Below, one piece after another: positions 23,886 to 33,507 of a stretch of 64,000 nucleotides of DNA (position 1 is its first letter; every line of letters starts with the position of its first letter). Under the pieces are notes generated by a model. That model was given only the letters and a program-made list of their open reading frames with translations, did no database searches and was not told the DNA's origin. Both the position numbers and the translations under genes were made by a program. This DNA is from an uncultured Verrucomicrobiae bacterium (GTDB taxonomy: Bacteria > Verrucomicrobiota > Verrucomicrobiia > Chthoniobacterales > JAFAMB01), in contig CAVXLD010000003.1 in the NCBI GenBank assembly GCA_963762565.1, positions 1 through 64,000 of the forward strand. The letters run 5' to 3'.

Positions 23886-24197
23886 TTAAATCCTGGCTGC
23901 CAACGCTGACACTCGCGTTGGACCCACTCGGGAGTGTCCTAAAAAGGATGCACCTTCTTCCAGGACTAGCCGGTTAGCTTTCAAGTCGCCAATCAACACG
24001 GCACTTGAGAAGATTTTACAAGTATCTCCGATGAAGACGTTCCCACGAACTTTGCCGGAAAGTTTTAGGGATCGAGCCCTAACTTCTCCGTGAATGTCGG
24101 CGTTTGGTCCAAGAGTAAGTTCGCCTGCGGCAGCAATGTCGCCGTTGAGTGTACCATTAAACATTAGATCGTTGCTTTTGCTTATCGTGTTATCCAT
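23886..24197 (-). CDS. Bactofilin (polymer-forming cytoskeletal, CcmA) family protein
   Basis: NGTLNGDI..LTLGPNADIHGEV..SGKVRGNV..GDLKANRLVLEEGASFLG beta-helix pattern. Confidence 0.85.
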   Translation of the reverse strand: MDNTISKSNDLMFNGTLNGDIAAAGELTLGPNADIHGEVRARSLKLSGKVRGNVFIGDTCKIFSSAVLIGDLKANRLVLEEGASFLGHSRVGPTRVSALAARI

Positions 24198-24276
24198 TTT
24201 GTACCTTCTCGGCGTTATGACGCCGCTGGTTTTTTTCTGCTTCCGCCCAGTGTGGGTGGCTTCTGGAGAAGTTAGC

Positions 24277-24403
24277 TTCCCCGAACTTCGATGTGCGTCG
24301 ATTGACGGTTAGCTTGGGTAGCTTTTGGAGAGAGCGGCGGTTCGAAATCCCGGCTCCAGAATACACTGCTACGGGTCAAATGTCGCCTACTATTATCGAA
24401 ACC
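24277..24403. repeat. Long copy of the 3-copy conserved intergenic element, upstream of bactofilin
   Basis: Collinear with 13581-13707. Confidence 0.85.
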
Positions 24404-24608
24404 GGGGTGGTTTGTCGCGCCGTCGGCCGATTTTGCCATGGTTGACCCGGGTTCTGTACATTAGTCATACTCAAACGCAACGGCGTGTCCCATGTGCTCG
24501 GCAGGAAGCCTCGCATAGGCATTGCCATTGTGGTCGCCGGACCTACCCTGACCTGGTGGGGACGAGAACTGGATCAAACACAGGCAGCTTATAAATGTCT
24601 ACACAACC

Positions 24609-24755
24609 ATGAACAAGCTTCAAATGAAAGGCTCCTGGAACGTGATGAAGGGAAAGCTTAAACAGCACTTCGGAAGGTTTTCGCAAGGTAAGGCGGATGA
24701 GCTGTGGGGCAGGCTTCAAAAGACGCTCGGAAAGTGGAAGAAGTCCGGTAGATGA
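24609..24755 (+). CDS. CsbD/YjbJ-like stress microprotein, probably internally shortened
   Basis: [42 protein letters not shown] lacks the usual LTDDDL segment; absent from the ORF track. Confidence 0.7.
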   Translation: MNKLQMKGSWNVMKGKLKQHFGRFSQGKADELWGRLQKTLGKWKKSGR

Positions 24756-25025
24756 CAAGCTACCGAAGGCATTTATGCGCTGCGATTTCCGAGAAACAGT
24801 GGATGACGTTGACCAGCATCTGCTGGGTCTCAAGGAAATAGCAAATCAGGGAATCGCCAGTGCCCTCAATTGTCAGATCGCGCAACGCTAAGCAGTTGGC
24901 CGACGGCGCTGAATCCGTTTTGGCCGCTACCGGGCGAAGCGCGGAAGATTGCCTACTCTGTTTTCCTTTGGCATTTTTCGATTAGCCAGCCATCTGCGGC
25001 GGAACGTTAACCCACGGTTGGGGGC

Positions 25026-25063
25026 CATACCGCAATACAACCGTAACTGGACCTTATGAGTAT
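25026..25063 (+). promoter_or_regulatory. CATA-N30-GTAT element copy 14
   Basis: CATACCGCAATACAACCGTAACTGGACCTTATGAGTAT, upstream of the SDR remnant. Confidence 0.6.
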
Positions 25064-25120
25064 AGGTAACTAGGTCGGAACCGGGACGATGCTCGAACAA
25101 ACACGGAAGAACAAGTGCTT

Positions 25121-25561
25121 ATGAATACTAAGAACATCGATGGAGAAGCTTTGGGCGGAGGAATTGCGGTCGTTACCGGAGCATCGTCCGGACTTGGAAA
25201 GGTCTACGCGGACCGTCTAGCAAAGCGGGGATACGACCTTCTCCTGGTGGCGCGGCGTAAAGATCGGCTACACATCCTCGCGCAAGACCTGCAAAAGCAG
25301 TATGGGATTCAAATCTGGGATGTGGCAGGAATAGACTCGGATGCGATAGACCAAGCCACGGTTATGACCGCCGAGGACTGCGTCGACGCGGCACTCGCGG
25401 GCCTTGACCAGGGCGAGGCTGTCACTCTGCCTTCAGTCGAAGATTCGACGCTTTGGTCCGAATTCGATGTTATTCGCAACAAGATGCTGGAAGCCTCCAA
25501 GAGCAGCCAGCCTGCTTCGCGATATGTAAGCAGCGCCAAGGAGCAAGCACTCGTGACTTAA
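25121..25561 (+). pseudogene. SDR oxidoreductase with an in-frame internal deletion
   Basis: VTGASSGLG..LLLVARR joined directly to the C-terminal IWDVAG..VDAALAGLDQGE..PASRY; no NNAG or YxxxK core. Confidence 0.8.
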
Positions 25562-25676
25562 CCTAACGCCCGCTTGGTTGGGCCGCGCACGCGCGGCAGA
25601 CGGAGATCGTGGAAAACCATGAACAATGAAATCCTTTGAACAAAGGTGTTCTAAACCGAGAACGCCAGCGGAGTCA

Positions 25677-25906
25677 TGAAAAGCTGCAATAACCGTGGAT
25701 CCATCGAGGCTCTCGGACTGCTGCCAGGGCTTGATAAAGCTCTAATGGCGTGTCCCATGTGCCACTCGCGGGAGATTTGGGTTGAGAACAATCCGAACTC
25801 CACGCGCTCTGTTTCCATCATGTGTCGAGAGTGCCGCTTCCAAGTGTCGCTACTGCCGCGCGCACAGGCGATCGCAGCGTGGAATAGCATGGGGTCGGCA
25901 GAATAG
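25677..25906 (+). CDS. Lar-family (restriction alleviation)-like zinc-ribbon protein
   Basis: LMACPMC..CREC..AIAAWN pattern. Confidence 0.6.
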
Positions 25907-26034
25907 TTGGGCTAGAGGTAGCGTCGCTCGATGCGCCTTAACCTTGAGAGGTCATGTGGACTGCCTGTAGTCATTAACCAGGCTTAGGCACAATAGTCGT
26001 GACGATCTAGCTCTTAGTCCCCGGAAGCTTTTGT

Positions 26035-26072
26035 CATACGCAAAGGCAACGGTAACGCGTTAAAAAGAGTAT
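26035..26072 (+). promoter_or_regulatory. CATA-N30-GTAT element copy 15 (upstream of csrA)
   Basis: CATACGCAAAGGCAACGGTAACGCGTTAAAAAGAGTAT. Confidence 0.75.
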
Positions 26073-26263
26073 GCTGGCAAGCCGTTGAAACGGGTGAGAT
26101 TGGCTGTGTCTGCCCCCGTATTATTATGCCATCAATCGTCAATTTTTGGCAGCCGGCCTTCCACCGAATCAATCCGTTGGTAGGTCGAGGCTCCGTTTTT
26201 TAAGGGTGCAGAAGTGGAAGAGCGACAAGCTGAGTGAAACAGACAAAGTAGAAAGCGAAGAGG

Positions 26264-26509
26264 ATGTTAATTCTGTCAAGAAGAGTGCAAGAGGGAATCG
26301 TAATTGGCGATACTATTCACATCAGAGTAACCAGGATCGACCGTGACACCGTCAAAATCGGAATCGAGGCACCGAGAGAGATTCCGATCTTTAGAACGGA
26401 AATCTACCACCCGAATCATCAATTGATTTCGAACAAGACGGACACGGCTGCTCAACTCTCGACTCGAGCGGAGGCGGTCCGATTCGAGGAAAAGGCTCCC
26501 CCCGTTTAG
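26264..26509 (+). CDS. csrA: Carbon storage regulator CsrA
   Basis: [36 protein letters not shown]. Confidence 0.92.
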   Translation: MLILSRRVQEGIVIGDTIHIRVTRIDRDTVKIGIEAPREIPIFRTEIYHPNHQLISNKTDTAAQLSTRAEAVRFEEKAPPV

Positions 26510-26667
26510 TCAGCCCATCACTTCCGGCGGCGCGAAACTCTCGTCATAAGGCTCAGGACGTTAGACACAACTTTGCATATCAACCGGGTATGCTTTCTTC
26601 TAAGGAGATCGGTTGGCTCTGACTGAGTGTCATCGTGACGGGTAATCTCCTGATGCGATCATCGCAG

Positions 26668-26916
26668 TTATGGCTCGCGAATGTAAGACGACCGCGGAAT
26701 GCCGCGGGTCACATTGGCGATATCGCAGCGTAACCGGGAACAGATTTTGCAGAGCACCACGAAAGTCAGATTTCGTTCGCCTCGCTCGATTCCACCAAAG
26801 TGACTCCTGTTCAGTCCACAATCCCTGGCGAAGCCGTTTTGGGTAAGCCCGAGAAGCTTGCGTTCCGCTTGGATTCTACGCCCCAATCGGAGGAGTTCAA
26901 CGTTGTCATTTGCCAT
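26668..26916 (-). CDS. XRE-family HTH transcriptional regulator (copy 1)
   Basis: LGRRIQAERKLLGLTQ..GGIERGERNLT. Confidence 0.88.
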   Translation of the reverse strand: MANDNVELLRLGRRIQAERKLLGLTQNGFARDCGLNRSHFGGIERGERNLTFVVLCKICSRLRCDIANVTRGIPRSSYIREP

Positions 26917-26981
26917 GTTTGAAATCCTATTTATCACGAAACCTGCCGAGAGTAAGTCGCCCCGGGTGAATAGGTTTCCCA

Positions 26982-27020
26982 ATACTCTTTTCGAAGCGTT
27001 CCCTGTTGCTTTCCGTTATG
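26982..27020 (-). promoter_or_regulatory. CATA-N31-GTAT element copy 16
   Basis: Sense CATAACGGAAAGCAACAGGGAACGCTTCGAAAAGAGTAT(TGG). Confidence 0.75.
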
Positions 27021-27179
27021 GCGAAAGGATGTCCGCGTGACATCCGTTTTCTCAGGCGGGAGAAATTCAGTAAATCGCCGACGACGCAGATGACCTGATT
27101 TTGAGATACGTCATCCAGTTTACTGACGGAGCTAGAACGGAGTGTTCGAGTTCAGAAGGTGCCCTGCGATTTCGGCTGG

Positions 27180-27527
27180 TTAACGCAAAGGTGCAGCTTT
27201 CTTCAACGTGGGCGGCTCCTTACGGTTCATGCGGAAAAACAGAAGAACCAGACTGAGCAGACAGCCAGTAGCAAGTGCCAGGACGATGGTATGGAGCGGC
27301 TGTTCTTGCAGGTATAACTCAACCCGGGACCGTAAGACTTTAGCTCCTGATGCGGCGTCGCTCCACGCTTCCTCTGTCGCTCCCTGCGTGTTATGCATGG
27401 TTCTTCGCGTCGCTCGGCCGATTTCCTCCGCGGTCGAGATCGCGTGCGCCTTTACGTTTTCAAGCGCGACCGCCACCTGCTCCATTGCGTCGTCGACTGC
27501 TCTGTTAAGTTTATCTGTATTATTCAT
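27180..27527 (-). CDS. DUF883/ElaB-like tail-anchored protein (paralog of 14996-15307)
   Basis: Shared LxRAxDD..TAxEIGRA.R..QGATEEAW.DA.S..YL..QPL plus a TM helix. Confidence 0.7.
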   Translation of the reverse strand: MNNTDKLNRAVDDAMEQVAVALENVKAHAISTAEEIGRATRRTMHNTQGATEEAWSDAASGAKVLRSRVELYLQEQPLHTIVLALATGCLLSLVLLFFRMNRKEPPTLKKAAPLR

Positions 27528-27653
27528 AAACGTCTTTCTCAGAGGTTCCCCTAGATTCGGCTGCCGCCTATCTATCCAGGTGAACGTTCCCCGGCAAAGC
27601 CACAGTCTTAACGATCAAGATTGTGACTGATCCGGGATAAGTACCTTCAGCCG

Positions 27654-28754
27654 CTAAGCTGTTTGGCGCCGGCGCAGGCCCGGTATCCGTAGGGAACTGG
27701 TTGCAACCCGAATTTTGTTACGGACGCTGACCAGCATTTCGCGCGTCACTTCGAGCTGCTCGGCTTTGCGTTGGTTCCACCATTGAGCGGTTTCCATTAG
27801 CGTCTGATAAGCGCTGGCAATATGAGTGGCACTGGCTTCGGGGAGAGCCGGGTTGGCTAGCGTCACCTCGAGACGAAGCTTCGCTTCTGCAAGTTCAGCT
27901 AGTACGATCTTTTCTGTCGAGACTCTGCGCAGGTTACGGACCAGCCCGATCTTGGAAAGGACCCAGATGATCCATTTCGTCGGATCGATCTGCCAGGGTT
28001 TAACGCCATTCCGGTAATCGTGCTGAAACTCGTGATGATAGTTATGATAACCTTCACCGAAAGTAAGGATCGCCAGGATCCATGAATCGCGGGCGCTGCA
28101 TTTTGAAGAATACGGTTGCGCACCGATATAATGGCAGAGCGAATTGATGCAAAAGGTAGCGTGTTGCAGCGTCACCACCCGTAACACGCCAGCGATTAGG
28201 AAAGCGCCGAGAGCTGCTTTCCAGCCGCCCCACAAAAAACCGATACTCGCCGGAACCCCGAAAGCGACGAGCACTGCGATCAAGTGAATGTAGCGATCTT
28301 GCCATACCAAGAGTGGATCCTTTTTGAGATCCGCTACATTATCGAAACACGGCAGCGGCTTTAGCTTGAACATCAGCCAGCCCATGTGGGCATAAAAGAG
28401 ACCTTTGCTGATACAATAAGGATCGTCATCGTGATCCACATGCTTATGATGGCTGCGATGTTCGCAGGACCAAAGAAGAACGGAATTCTCAAATGCAGCA
28501 GCGCCGAAGATGACCGTAAAGAACCGCACGATCCAGTGAGCCTGGAAAGTCAAATGAGAAAAAAGTCGATGGTACCCTAAGGTGATAGAGAATCCGCAAG
28601 CAGCCAGCATGGCAAAGAAAAGAACGATCTGAAATCGATCAATGCCAAAGAACCAGAGGTACACTGGCACGGCCGTGATTGAAAGGAACAGCGTCCCGAT
28701 CAGAAATGAGCTCACGAGCCAATTGACTCGATGGAAGGGAATTCGTGGAAACAT
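27654..28754 (-). CDS. Delta-9 acyl-CoA/acyl-lipid fatty acid desaturase
   Basis: His boxes GYHRLFSH, HRSHHKHVD, GEGYHNYHH; DPTKW. Confidence 0.93.
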   Translation of the reverse strand: MFPRIPFHRVNWLVSSFLIGTLFLSITAVPVYLWFFGIDRFQIVLFFAMLAACGFSITLGYHRLFSHLTFQAHWIVRFFTVIFGAAAFENSVLLWSCEHRSHHKHVDHDDDPYCISKGLFYAHMGWLMFKLKPLPCFDNVADLKKDPLLVWQDRYIHLIAVLVAFGVPASIGFLWGGWKAALGAFLIAGVLRVVTLQHATFCINSLCHYIGAQPYSSKCSARDSWILAILTFGEGYHNYHHEFQHDYRNGVKPWQIDPTKWIIWVLSKIGLVRNLRRVSTEKIVLAELAEAKLRLEVTLANPALPEASATHIASAYQTLMETAQWWNQRKAEQLEVTREMLVSVRNKIRVATSSLRIPGLRRRQTA

Positions 28755-28859
28755 GGTGCTGGTTGATAATTTGGCCGGACAGATTTACAAATCCGCTCTC
28801 GAGAGATGTGGTTGTGTCACAGCCGTTTGCAAGTGTCACCTCAATTCGTCGGAATCTCC

Positions 28860-28897
28860 CATATCATTTTAGACGTTTAGCTCTTCCAAAAGAGTAT
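28860..28897 (+). promoter_or_regulatory. CATA-N30-GTAT element copy 17
   Basis: CATATCATTTTAGACGTTTAGCTCTTCCAAAAGAGTAT(TGG). Confidence 0.65.
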
Positions 28898-29027
28898 TGG
28901 TAGAGATCCGGCTCAGCTAACAGGTTTGAAGGTTACCGCATTTAGACGCTGTAGCGAGAAGAAGATCAATAACGGCGACAACTTCCAGCTAAGACGGTTA
29001 GTGTGAAGTGCGTTGCCAAGCTGGCCG

Positions 29028-29486
29028 ATGAATTACGATAGTACGATAGACACGACCTTGCACATCAACCGGGTACGGTTTCTCCTGGGTCAGTGCGCCA
29101 TTAACCTTTTGGAGCGCGGATCGAACCACGACGCCTCCAAATTGGAACATCCGGAGAAAGCAATTTTTGACGCGGTCGGTAACCGACTCGCAGTGATTAC
29201 CTATGAGGGGGAAGAGTACAAACAATCGTTAACGGACTTGAAAGTGGCGCTTGACCATCACTATGTCCATAACACTCATCATCCGGAACACTATCCGAAC
29301 GGGATTGATGGCATGTCGCTTCTCGACCTCATTGAAATGCTGATGGACTGGAAAGCGGCCAGCGAGCGGCATCCAGGGGGAATGAGCATTGCTGATTCTA
29401 TAGAACTCAGCAGTCAACGATTTTCGGTAAACGAACAGCTGAAAAAGATTCTGCTGAACACGGCCAGGGAGATTGGTTGGGCCTGA
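29028..29486 (+). CDS. DUF5662-like HD-type protein
   Basis: HDASKL, ALDHHYVHNTHHPEHY, MSLLDLIEMLMDWKAA. Confidence 0.8.
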   Translation: MNYDSTIDTTLHINRVRFLLGQCAINLLERGSNHDASKLEHPEKAIFDAVGNRLAVITYEGEEYKQSLTDLKVALDHHYVHNTHHPEHYPNGIDGMSLLDLIEMLMDWKAASERHPGGMSIADSIELSSQRFSVNEQLKKILLNTAREIGWA

Positions 29487-29598
29487 TTTCGGGTCAGGGA
29501 GAGCTAATAAAGATTAGCTCCTACGGAGCAGGCCTCCGACGGTTTTCCGTTCCGAGCGCCCGCAGCGATGCCGGCGTTTCCTAGACTCCAGGACGCGA

Positions 29599-29856
29599 TC
29601 AGCGCAGTTTAGGATCGCGGAGGTAAGACAAACGCGGGATGCCTTGAGTTATCCGAGCGACGTCGCAGCGTAGCTGGCTACAAATTTTGCAGAGGATCAA
29701 GAAAGTAAGATTTCGTTCACCTCGCTCGATTCCCCCAAAGTGACTCCGGTTTAATCCGCAATCCTTAGCAAAGTCGTTTTGGGTGAGCCCGAGAAGCTTA
29801 CGTTCCGTCTGGATCCTCCGGCCCAATCGAAGAAGTTCGACGTTGTCGTTTTCCAT
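29599..29856 (-). CDS. XRE-family HTH regulator (copy 2)
   Basis: Near-identical to 26668-26916. Confidence 0.88.
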   Translation of the reverse strand: MENDNVELLRLGRRIQTERKLLGLTQNDFAKDCGLNRSHFGGIERGERNLTFLILCKICSQLRCDVARITQGIPRLSYLRDPKLR

Positions 29857-29922
29857 ATGTGGAATCCTGCGTGTCATATACCTGGCCGAGACCCAAGTGG
29901 CCTTGGATAAGCGCGTTTCCCA

Positions 29923-29961
29923 ATACTCTTTTCGAAGTGTTCCCCGTTGCTTTCCGATATA
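29923..29961 (-). promoter_or_regulatory. TATA-N31-GTAT element copy 18, in the divergent XRE/LysR intergenic region
   Basis: Sense TATATCGGAAAGCAACGGGGAACACTTCGAAAAGAGTAT(TGG). Confidence 0.75.
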
Positions 29962-30060
29962 GCGGAAGTATGGTCCTTAAAAGGATCTTTCTTGCTCGGG
30001 TTGATTCACGAATCGCGCAAACGCGATGGCCCGGACACGGGCGAGCAGAGCTCGCTGTGA

Positions 30061-30960
30061 ATGAAACTGCGTCACCTGGAATACTTTGTCGCTGCTGCCG
30101 AAGAGTTAAATTTTACCCACGCGGCGGGTCGGCTGAATGTGTCGCAGCCGCCATTCAGCAAACAGATCCAGGACCTTGAAGGTGAACTCGGAATTAATCT
30201 GTTCCAGCGCGAGCGAAAAGGCGTTGCGTTGACGGCAGCCGGAAAAGCGTTCTTGATTGATGCGCGCGGGATCTTGGAAGCCTGTGATCAGGCGGTCAAA
30301 AAAGCCCAGCGAATCAATAGAGGGGAGCTCGGGGAGCTAACCGTCGGCCATATGGCGGCGCTCACACACGACTTCCTCGGTCGCGCGCTAGAGCATTGGC
30401 ACAAGGAGTCGCCGGGCATCGTCATTGATTGTGTGGAGATGGACGCGATAGAACAAGAACGGGCATTGCTTGAGGGCCGCATCGCGGTCGGCATTCTAGT
30501 CCTCAGTGATCGGCCGATCCTTGAGTTGCTGAGCGCTGAGTTGCTCATAGAGCACCCGGTCGCAGTAGCCCTGCCAAAGTCGCATCCGCAAGCTGGTCAG
30601 TCAGAGATCCGGTTGCCGATGCTGAAAGAGCAACCGTTCATTGGTCTAAATCGGATGTACCCCGCCTACGGCGATTGGTTGCACACCGTCTGTCACCGGT
30701 CCGGATTTACTCCGCACATTGTGAGGGAGGCGGACGGGGTGGGGAGCGCTCTGGCCCTTGTGGCCGCTGGCCTTGGCATCGCACTGGTCAGTGAACCGGT
30801 CAGAAGGTTCCCAGCGCGCGAGGTTGTCTTTAGAGATTTGGTGGCGCCCAAACCTATTAGAATACCTCTTGGGGCTGTTTGGAAGAGAAACGAACTTGAG
30901 TCTGGAGTTGTCTCTAAATTCGTAAAGACGTTGAGACAAGCCTGCATCCGGACAGCTTAG
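30061..30960 (+). CDS. LysR-family regulator (BenM/CatM/AlsR-like)
   Basis: MKLRHLEYFVAAAEELNFTHAAGRLNVSQPPFSKQIQDLE..LTAAG..LVAAGLGIALV. Confidence 0.95.
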   Translation: MKLRHLEYFVAAAEELNFTHAAGRLNVSQPPFSKQIQDLEGELGINLFQRERKGVALTAAGKAFLIDARGILEACDQAVKKAQRINRGELGELTVGHMAALTHDFLGRALEHWHKESPGIVIDCVEMDAIEQERALLEGRIAVGILVLSDRPILELLSAELLIEHPVAVALPKSHPQAGQSEIRLPMLKEQPFIGLNRMYPAYGDWLHTVCHRSGFTPHIVREADGVGSALALVAAGLGIALVSEPVRRFPAREVVFRDLVAPKPIRIPLGAVWKRNELESGVVSKFVKTLRQACIRTA

Positions 30961-31177
30961 AAACCAGTAATTAGTAATCAGTGATCGGTAATCAGTTCAC
31001 GAGCCAGAGCTGAGAGACGAATGGGCGAAACGGCGAATGGGCGAAACGGCGAGGCGGCGAACCGCATAAGTCTATCCGTTCGCCTTGACGCAGGAAACGC
31101 CTCGAGCTCATCGAGCCCGTCGCGCGGATGTGCGCCCATTCGCCGGTGCGCCCACTCGTCTCTCCGCCTCCTGCCCC

Positions 31178-31414
31178 CTAATCGGTCCTCCACAGCGGAA
31201 ACGCCTGACCGGCTTTGAAGCTGGGGTCTTTGCGGTAGTCCAGCGTCAACCAGCTTTTGTCAACAGAAGTACCAAACGAGCCGCAGTAGGGATTCTTCTT
31301 GAACCGTAGCCTTTCGAACGGACCCGCAAACTCAGAAGGAACCAGTTGGACAATGAGGCGATATTGATCACGGAATCTCTCCGCCGAAAGGACCGTTGCG
31401 TGGATGGATGTCAT
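31178..31414 (-). CDS. Hypothetical protein
   Basis: Compact ATG ORF co-oriented with its neighbours. Confidence 0.5.
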   Translation of the reverse strand: MTSIHATVLSAERFRDQYRLIVQLVPSEFAGPFERLRFKKNPYCGSFGTSVDKSWLTLDYRKDPSFKAGQAFPLWRTD

Positions 31415-31480
31415 AATTGGTAGGCCGTTTAGTTCTTCACAGATTATTGACTACGGTAACTCGTCGGGCAGGAAAAGGGC

Positions 31481-31825
31481 TCATTCAGGACGAGCACCAA
31501 CCAGCCAAACTCGCACACCGTCTTGTTCAGCATCCGGATGGCGGTCCATCAAATCATTCGACACGCGGGGCAGTGAATGGAAAGAGACCCGCATTTCATC
31601 TTCACCGAGTTGATGGGCTGCACCTGTCATGGCCCGGCACGTCAGATCCCCGGCTAGTTTTCCGGCCGCCTCATAAACCGCACCATCATCGTCCGGTGCT
31701 TCCGAGGCCTCTTTTGCATTGCTTATGGGGACTTCAGCAAGAAAAAGAATCTTTCTTCCAGTCGCCTGACCGGAACGCTTCAGATGAGGTTCCAGCGTAA
31801 TTTCAAAATATAGCGCCTGGGGCAT
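31481..31825 (-). CDS. Hypothetical protein
   Basis: Protein-like composition, co-oriented run. Confidence 0.55.
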   Translation of the reverse strand: MPQALYFEITLEPHLKRSGQATGRKILFLAEVPISNAKEASEAPDDDGAVYEAAGKLAGDLTCRAMTGAAHQLGEDEMRVSFHSLPRVSNDLMDRHPDAEQDGVRVWLVGARPE

Positions 31826-31898
31826 GGGCTCAATCGGGCTGATGTCAAAACGAGGGTTTGCGTCTTACGCCATAGAAAAAAGCCGCACTTAAATCGAA

Positions 31899-32183
31899 TT
31901 AGCGGCGACGACGCTCAAAATTACCGCTTGAGCGGTCATCGTTCTTTGGACGCGCCTCATTCACAGTCAAATTGCGGCCGTCGATGGAATGACCTTCTAG
32001 CCGAGTGATAGCAGCTTGGCCTTCGTGACGATTTCCCATAGTGACGAATGCAAAACCTCGGGATTCGCCGCTCATGCGATCGGTTACAATGTGAACTTCA
32101 GTGACGGTGCCGTGAGCTGAGAACAGATCACGCAGTGCGCTTTCGGTCGTGGAGACGGAGAGATTACCTACGTATAATTTCAT
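31899..32183 (-). CDS. RRM-domain RNA-binding protein
   Basis: RNP2 KLYVGNL, RNP1 RGFAFVTM, LTVNEARP. Confidence 0.93.
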   Translation of the reverse strand: MKLYVGNLSVSTTESALRDLFSAHGTVTEVHIVTDRMSGESRGFAFVTMGNRHEGQAAITRLEGHSIDGRNLTVNEARPKNDDRSSGNFERRRR

Positions 32184-32386
32184 ATTAGTTTCGAAGGTAG
32201 TCACAGAGCCGTTCCCGAGCGTCGGGTTTCGAACCAGCAACAAGGCTCACCCCATCGAAAATCCAACGGCAATCAACTGAGAACAATCGAGGGGTGTAAG
32301 CTCGATCAGATTCAATAGATAGCAAGGAGCTTATTTCCAGAGGTTCTCTGGTTAAGGCCTCTTCGGAAGCGAAAGCGCTATTTCTT

Positions 32387-32755
32387 CTAACTCTTGGAGC
32401 CGGGATTTTTTTGTTTTGATTGCCAACGTTTATCAAGGAGCTCCTGAAGCGGAGATGGCCTTTTAATGACCCAGGCGCGGCACGCGTCTTGAGCCAGCAA
32501 ACTAGGTACGCCAAGCGACTCAAGGTTCTTGATCTTTCCTCTAGTACAAGACATCAAGCTCATGTGAGAATCGGGTTTGCTCGAAGAATCGGCGGACCTG
32601 ATTTCTGCCGCTATTTCATAAGCTCTCGTTTCGAGGCTGATTTTTCTCGCGTTAAGTTCGGCCACCGCGCTGTCGGGGATTTCGATCATCAGGACAAAAC
32701 GTGGCGAATCATGACGAAGACCACGTGAAAATTCAACCCGCATTAAAGTAGACAT
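32387..32755 (-). CDS. Hypothetical protein
   Basis: ATG ORF, co-oriented. Confidence 0.4.
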   Translation of the reverse strand: MSTLMRVEFSRGLRHDSPRFVLMIEIPDSAVAELNARKISLETRAYEIAAEIRSADSSSKPDSHMSLMSCTRGKIKNLESLGVPSLLAQDACRAWVIKRPSPLQELLDKRWQSKQKNPGSKS

Positions 32756-32813
32756 TCCTACTGCGAGGCTCGTCCAGCGTTGTCACTAGCGCAAGTGGTG
32801 GTCGAAACCCTCG

Positions 32814-33452
32814 TTATCCGAGAAGCTTTTGACTCATCTGCACGAGTTCGGCCAAAGAAGTCGCACCCATTTTCTGCATGACGTGGGCCCGGTGTACCTT
32901 CACTGTTTTTTCCGCGGTCCCGATTTCACTGGCGATCTGCTTGTTAAGCATTCCTCGTACAACCCGTCCCATTACTTCGCGCTCTCGCGGCGTGAGCGAT
33001 TCATATTGGCGGCGCAAATCCGCCAGCTTTGCCCGTCGCAAGCGCGCAGCCCGGTCAGAATCGATGGCTCGACGGACTGCGTCTAAGAGTTCCTGTTCCC
33101 GGAATGGCTTAGTCAAAAATTCAGCCGCGCCGGACTTCATGGCTTGAACCGTCATCGGGATGTCGCCGTGACCCGTGATGAAAATGATCGGAATTTCGGC
33201 ATCGGTTTTGAACAATCGGCGCTGCAGGTCGAGACCACTTAGATGCGGCAGACGGACATCGAGTATTAGACACGAAGGCACGTCCGGTCGATGACTTCGC
33301 AAGAATTCCTCCGCCGAACTGAAGCCTTGGACATCGAAACCAGCCGACCGGATCAAAAACTCAGTGGATCTGCGGAAAGAGTTGTCGTCGTCAACGACAA
33401 ACACGCTCGATGGATTTCCCGGCTCTTTCACGTTTAGCGTTGAGGATAGCAA
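32814..33452 (-). CDS. FixJ/NodW-family response regulator (REC + LuxR HTH)
   Basis: [40 protein letters not shown]. Confidence 0.95.
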   Translation of the reverse strand: MLSSTLNVKEPGNPSSVFVVDDDNSFRRSTEFLIRSAGFDVQGFSSAEEFLRSHRPDVPSCLILDVRLPHLSGLDLQRRLFKTDAEIPIIFITGHGDIPMTVQAMKSGAAEFLTKPFREQELLDAVRRAIDSDRAARLRRAKLADLRRQYESLTPREREVMGRVVRGMLNKQIASEIGTAEKTVKVHRAHVMQKMGATSLAELVQMSQKLLG

Positions 33453-33507
33453 ATAGAAATCTTCGCTGTGGATCTTACCAAAAAGCTCCGCTGTTCGCTA
33501 TTGTCAA

